Under the pieces are notes generated by a model that worked only from the letters and a program-made list of their open reading frames with translations, searched no databases and had not been told where the DNA came from. Below are positions 59,365 to 64,000 of a DNA stretch of 64,000 nt, in pieces (the stretch's first letter is position 1; every line of letters begins with the position of its first letter). The stretch spans positions 278,068-342,067 of the forward strand of contig JAMPBB010000001.1 of assembly GCA_023666885.1 (NCBI GenBank), given 5' to 3'. The DNA is from Muribaculaceae bacterium. Its GTDB lineage: Bacteria; Bacteroidota; Bacteroidia; Bacteroidales; Muribaculaceae. The translations under genes and the position numbers were made by a program.

Positions 59365-61686
59365 ATGATGAACCGCATTACCGCACTCCTTACAGCCATA
59401 ACCATGGCCTTAAGCGCCGGAGCCGTTCCGGCGCACAGTAGCGACAGCACCCGGCAGTCTGTAGGACTGGTGCTTAGCGGCGGCGGAGCCAAGGGCATAG
59501 CCCATATAGGCGTGATACAGGCGCTGGAGGACAATGACATACCCATCGATTACATTACGGGCACATCCATGGGCGCCATAATAGGCGGCCTGTACGCGTG
59601 CGGCTACACCCCGGAGGAGATGCTCAGGCTTATTGAATCAAGGGAATTCTCCTACTGGTCCACCGGACAGGTGGACAAGCGCCTCACCTACTACTTTTGG
59701 GAAAACGAACCTACGCCCGCGCTTATGACACTGAACTTAGGCGACGGCAGCAAAAGCAGCAGCGGAAACGGCTCCGTGCTCCCGGCAAGCATAATCAACC
59801 CCATACCCATGAATTTCGGGGTGATGGAACTGTTTTCGGCCTACACAGCCCAGTGCGGCGGTAATTTCGACCGCCTATTCGTGCCCTACCGATGCATAAC
59901 ATCGAACGTTACGGCCAAGCATAAGATGGTGTGCTCCTCCGGTCAGTTGGGCGAGGCCATACGCGCCTCAATGAACTTCCCCATAGTGTTCCATCCCATA
60001 AAGAAGGACGGACAGCTGCTGTATGACGGCGGCATATACGAAAATTACCCCGTGGCCACCATGCGCCGGGACTTCGCCCCGTCCATAATGATAGGTGTTG
60101 ACGTGTCAGTGGATGAAAAGTCGAACAGCAACGACATCATTGACCAACTCGAAGATCTTATAATACAGCATAGCAGCCACGCCATGCCGCCGGAGGACGG
60201 CATAGGGCTTCGCATAGATCTGAACGAATTCGGGCTGCTCGACTTCGGAGCCGCACGCACCATATATAAGATAGGGTATGATCATGCCATGGCCATGATG
60301 GACTCCATAAAGGGGCGCGTAACAGCGCGCATACCCTCCGAAACGCGCACACTTAAGCGCATGGTGTTCAAAAGCCGCACCCCGGCACTGCGTTTCGACT
60401 CCGTACATGTGAGCGGTGCCACTCCGGCGCAGAACAGATACATAGCGTCAATGTTCAGGCCCCGCCATCATGAGGATACTATGGGCATACTCACTGTGCG
60501 CGATGCCTATTACCGGGCCGTGACACCGGGCATGATGAAAAACTTCACACCCGTGGCCTGGTACAATGACACCACCGGACTGTTTACACTGGATCTGACC
60601 GCCGACGTGAAAAACAAATATGACGTGGCTCTCGGAGGCTACATAAGCTCCTCTACGTCAAGCATGCTGTACTTTTCGGGCAGTTACCGCACATTCAGCT
60701 ACCGCTCGGTAAGTGCAAGGCTCAAGGCATGGATAGGCCAGAGCTATATGGCCGGTGAAGTGGCTGCAAGGCTGTCGATAGAATCGCGCGTACCGTTGGC
60801 ATTGGAGCTGCAAGCGGTAGGCTCACGGCAGAAGTTTTTCGAAACCGAGAAACTCTTCTTCAGCGATGATGAACCGGCATTCGTACAGACCGATGAGATG
60901 TTTGCCCGCCTCGGGCTATCCACCGCCATAGGCCGGCGCGGCAAGGCATCGGCCGGAGTGGGCTACGGACATATCACCGACAAATATTATACAGACCTTG
61001 ACACTGAGATGGGCACACGCCACCGCGACCGCTCCACACAGAACATGGGTCAGGTATTTGCCAAGCTGTCGGCCAGCTCGCTTAACGACTTACAGTATCC
61101 CACCGGTGGTGCCAAATACAGCCTTGAAGCCTATGGCGTGACCGGCACCCACACGCTGCTCAATGCTCGCACCGGCGATAAGAGCCGTACGCATCGTACA
61201 TTTGTACAGGCCGAATTCAAGTCGGCCAACTACTGGAGCGCGGGGCGCCATATAGCTATAGGATTGGAAAGCGACATATTGGTGTCATCGCGCTCACTGC
61301 TGTCGGGCTACTATGCCTCGATAGTGGACGCCCCGGCCTATCATCCCACCGTGGCAAGCTACACCGTATTCGATCCCGCCCTCAGAGCCTACAACTTTAT
61401 AGCCGCCGGATTAGTACCCGTGTGGAAACTCAGTGACATGGTGCAGGTACGTGCTACGGCGAGCGGATTTATGCCCTTGCACCGCATAGAGCGCACGCCT
61501 CAAGGCGCTGCCCGCTACGGCAAATGGCTTAACACTCCGATATTTACCGGCGAGTTAGCCGCTGTGGTCACGCTGCCGTTTGCCAGCGTAAGCGCCTACG
61601 GACGCTACACCGACACACAAGCGGGCCGCTGGAATTTCGGCATCTCTTTAGGATTCTACATCCCCGCCCCCCGCTTCCTGCGGTAA
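59365..61686 (+). CDS. Patatin-like phospholipase with POTRA-like and beta-barrel C-terminus (PlpD-like)
   Basis: LSGGGAKG, GTSMG and DGG motifs; signal peptide; beta-rich C-terminal half. Confidence 0.9.
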   Translation: MMNRITALLTAITMALSAGAVPAHSSDSTRQSVGLVLSGGGAKGIAHIGVIQALEDNDIPIDYITGTSMGAIIGGLYACGYTPEEMLRLIESREFSYWSTGQVDKRLTYYFWENEPTPALMTLNLGDGSKSSSGNGSVLPASIINPIPMNFGVMELFSAYTAQCGGNFDRLFVPYRCITSNVTAKHKMVCSSGQLGEAIRASMNFPIVFHPIKKDGQLLYDGGIYENYPVATMRRDFAPSIMIGVDVSVDEKSNSNDIIDQLEDLIIQHSSHAMPPEDGIGLRIDLNEFGLLDFGAARTIYKIGYDHAMAMMDSIKGRVTARIPSETRTLKRMVFKSRTPALRFDSVHVSGATPAQNRYIASMFRPRHHEDTMGILTVRDAYYRAVTPGMMKNFTPVAWYNDTTGLFTLDLTADVKNKYDVALGGYISSSTSSMLYFSGSYRTFSYRSVSARLKAWIGQSYMAGEVAARLSIESRVPLALELQAVGSRQKFFETEKLFFSDDEPAFVQTDEMFARLGLSTAIGRRGKASAGVGYGHITDKYYTDLDTEMGTRHRDRSTQNMGQVFAKLSASSLNDLQYPTGGAKYSLEAYGVTGTHTLLNARTGDKSRTHRTFVQAEFKSANYWSAGRHIAIGLESDILVSSRSLLSGYYASIVDAPAYHPTVASYTVFDPALRAYNFIAAGLVPVWKLSDMVQVRATASGFMPLHRIERTPQGAARYGKWLNTPIFTGELAAVVTLPFASVSAYGRYTDTQAGRWNFGISLGFYIPAPRFLR

Positions 61687-61783
61687 TATCAGCACATAGG
61701 GTATAGGATGATATGCAATAAAAATGTATATTTGCAACTTATAATATTTTATTCGCCATAACTCTTACCCGCATAGGCTGTCA

Positions 61784-62773
61784 ATGAAACTATCATATCT
61801 TTATTCGCTTCTAATACTCATGGCCGCTACAGCCTGTGGCTCAGGCCACGGCGACACATCGGCCGCCGACCTTGACACCATACCCCAGGACACCATAACA
61901 CTTATGGATCTGGTGGATGAAGCCGCCGCATCATTTGAGCACGCGCCCGCCGGATCAAAACCTGATACACTGAGCACGAAACTGCACTCACCGGAGGAGG
62001 CCATGGAATGGATGAGGCAGTCAGACCACAGCGATGAGTACATGGAGGGGATAATACCGCGCATAGCCGAGCAGAGCCTTACATATGCCGAAAAGCTACT
62101 CCAAAGCCGCTACCCTTACTTTGTAATAGTGGACAAAGGCTCCATGAGGGTAATTCTTTACAACCGCTACGGCGTAGAGCAGAAATGGTACCGCATGGCC
62201 TGTTCACGCAACTACGGACACAAGCACAAGTACCGCGACAACCGCACCCCTGAAGGCTTTTTCTATGCCAAGGGAGTTTTTGACTCAAGGGAATGGAAAT
62301 ACACCGATGACGATGGCTACACCTCACCGGCCAAAGGCGTGTACGGCCCGCGCTTCATAAGGCTCGCGCCCATGGTAGGGCTGCACGGCACCAACGCACC
62401 CGGCTCCATGGGGCGCCGTGCAAGCCACGGATGCATACGCCTTACTAACGCCAATATCCTCGACCTCGTTAAATATGCCCAAAAGGGTATGCCCATAATA
62501 GTGAATCCCGGGCCTAAGGACAATGAGGTGAACAAGGAAGAAGAATGTGATATAGTGATGCTAGAATTAGGCAAATCGTCCAAAAAGGAAACCACGCTGC
62601 AGGAGGAGAGCGCCAAGAAAGAGCCTGTACCCGAAAAGACGGACTCCACCGAGCACGCTTCTACGCCTCATGAACATGATACTCCTGCAGAGGTACCCGA
62701 AAAGAAAACGGATGAACCTACGCATACGGATAGCCCTGAAACGTTTGAACAATCAACAACTGACTCCGAATGA
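61784..62773 (+). CDS. L,D-transpeptidase (YkuD) family lipoprotein
   Basis: Lipobox ATAC; DNRTPEG, GLHGTN...ASHGCIRL; acidic disordered tail. Confidence 0.88.
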   Translation: MKLSYLYSLLILMAATACGSGHGDTSAADLDTIPQDTITLMDLVDEAAASFEHAPAGSKPDTLSTKLHSPEEAMEWMRQSDHSDEYMEGIIPRIAEQSLTYAEKLLQSRYPYFVIVDKGSMRVILYNRYGVEQKWYRMACSRNYGHKHKYRDNRTPEGFFYAKGVFDSREWKYTDDDGYTSPAKGVYGPRFIRLAPMVGLHGTNAPGSMGRRASHGCIRLTNANILDLVKYAQKGMPIIVNPGPKDNEVNKEEECDIVMLELGKSSKKETTLQEESAKKEPVPEKTDSTEHASTPHEHDTPAEVPEKKTDEPTHTDSPETFEQSTTDSE

Positions 62774-63798
62774 AAACCGACTCCGGACTGATAGCCAAGA
62801 TATTCATACCGGTAGCTATCGGTCTGGGGGTAGTGGTGTGGCTATTCGCACGCGAGTTTGACATTGACACCCTCTCGCTTATTCGCTGGAACGTGCGCAC
62901 AGTGGCGGGCATAGCGCTGGCATGGGTGGCCATGGCAGGCAGAGAGGCCGGATTGGCATGGCGCTTCCGTGTACTTACTGACAGGCAGCTGTCATGGCGT
63001 CAGGCCCTGAAAGTGACCATGCTGTGCGAGTTTACCTCAGCCGTCACGCCCACCACAGCCGGAGGCAGCGCAGTGAGCATGGTATTCATGAAGCGTGAAG
63101 GCATAGCGTATGGCCGAGGCACTACACTTACCATGAGCACACTGTTTCTTGATGAGCTGTTCTATGTAGTAGCCTGCCCGCTAATGTTTCTGCTCATACC
63201 CGGCAATGAAATATTCGGCTTTGCTCCCGGCACGGTAGGCGCCGGCATACGCACGGCCTTCTGGATAGTGTACGGCGGCATATGCCTCGTGACAGTGCTG
63301 CTGTACATAGGCATATTCGTATCGCCCGGCGCCGTGGGGCGCCTGTTCATGTGGGTCACATCCCTGCGCTGGCTCAAGAAGTGGCGCAAAGATGCCGAGG
63401 AGCTGCGCGTGGCCATGGTTGACACGGGTCGTGACATAAAAAGCCGCCCTATGTCATGGTGGCTTGAGGCAGGGGGAGCCACCGTAATGACTTGGGTGAG
63501 CCGCTACTTAGTGGTCAACGCCCTGTTCTGGGGTATAGTAGCCACAGCATCGCAAGCCGTGGTGTTCGGGCGCCAATTCGTGGTGTGGACACTGCTCACC
63601 GTCAGCCCCACACCTGGCGGAAGCGGTGTAAGCGAGTGGCTGTTCACCACCTATTACGGTGACCTGATAGGTGATGTGTCACTGGCACTGGTCATAGCGG
63701 TATTTTGGCGTATAATAACTTACTACATATATTTGGCCATAGGGGCTATAATACTCCCGTCATGGCTCAGAAACAGCAAAAAATCACATAGGAAATGA
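62770..63798 (+). CDS. Lysylphosphatidylglycerol synthase TM / flippase-like (UPF0104) membrane protein
   Basis: SAVTPTTAGG, SPTPGGSGVSE and WRIITYY; multiple TM helices. Confidence 0.85.
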   Translation: MKTDSGLIAKIFIPVAIGLGVVVWLFAREFDIDTLSLIRWNVRTVAGIALAWVAMAGREAGLAWRFRVLTDRQLSWRQALKVTMLCEFTSAVTPTTAGGSAVSMVFMKREGIAYGRGTTLTMSTLFLDELFYVVACPLMFLLIPGNEIFGFAPGTVGAGIRTAFWIVYGGICLVTVLLYIGIFVSPGAVGRLFMWVTSLRWLKKWRKDAEELRVAMVDTGRDIKSRPMSWWLEAGGATVMTWVSRYLVVNALFWGIVATASQAVVFGRQFVVWTLLTVSPTPGGSGVSEWLFTTYYGDLIGDVSLALVIAVFWRIITYYIYLAIGAIILPSWLRNSKKSHRK

Positions 63799-64000
63799 AC
63801 CGGATCATATCACTGCTCATAGCAGTCATAGCATGCCTCGGGACAGCCGCCCACGGCTCCACTCCCGTATATAAGCTCAAGATAGATGATGAGATAGGCT
63901 CCACCACATGGCGCTATACCCGTCAGGCGCTGAACCAAGCCCGCTCCATGGGCAGTCCGCTGCTGCTGGTACATCTGAACACATATGGCGGCTCAGTGGT
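63795..64000 (+). CDS. NfeD family membrane-bound serine protease (ClpP class); 3'-truncated by the window
   Basis: Not in the ORF track. MNRIISLL...VYKLKIDDEIG...LLVHLNTYGGSV, with ATGA overlap with the upstream gene. Confidence 0.8.
   Translation, partial: MNRIISLLIAVIACLGTAAHGSTPVYKLKIDDEIGSTTWRYTRQALNQARSMGSPLLLVHLNTYGGSV

Overview
Chromosomal segment of a Bacteroidales gut bacterium. Evidence: TAnnTTTG/TTTG promoters, SusC/SusD, PorV and a T9SS-type C-terminal domain; a Muribaculaceae-like origin is only my inference. Most of the window is housekeeping: the ilvD-ilvB-ilvN-thioesterase-ilvC operon, rpsA, aroB, metH, ispF, porV, rex, pyrC, a 2-oxoacid:ferredoxin oxidoreductase alpha/beta pair, tRNA-Arg(CCT), tRNA-Asp(GTC) and SRP RNA. 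Accessory patches are an AT-rich PAP2 gene, an AAA/DUF4143-type ATPase, an orphan SusC/SusD locus and toxin-antitoxin genes. The most notable unexplained signals are: (i) a family of ~60-75 nt intergenic repeats made of GNA-triloop hairpins with compensatory stem changes, clustered with two other palindromic element types and bracketing the ompA-susCD block and a TA cassette; (ii) a riboswitch-like leader with mutually exclusive pairings upstream of the PAP2 gene; (iii) a divergent porin+transporter / NTP-transferase+CDP-alcohol transferase locus that looks like a lipid head-group scavenging module; (iv) porV without the usual upstream porU. I found no CRISPR array, transposase, integrase or prophage. 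All product calls come from motif recognition by eye, with no database search.
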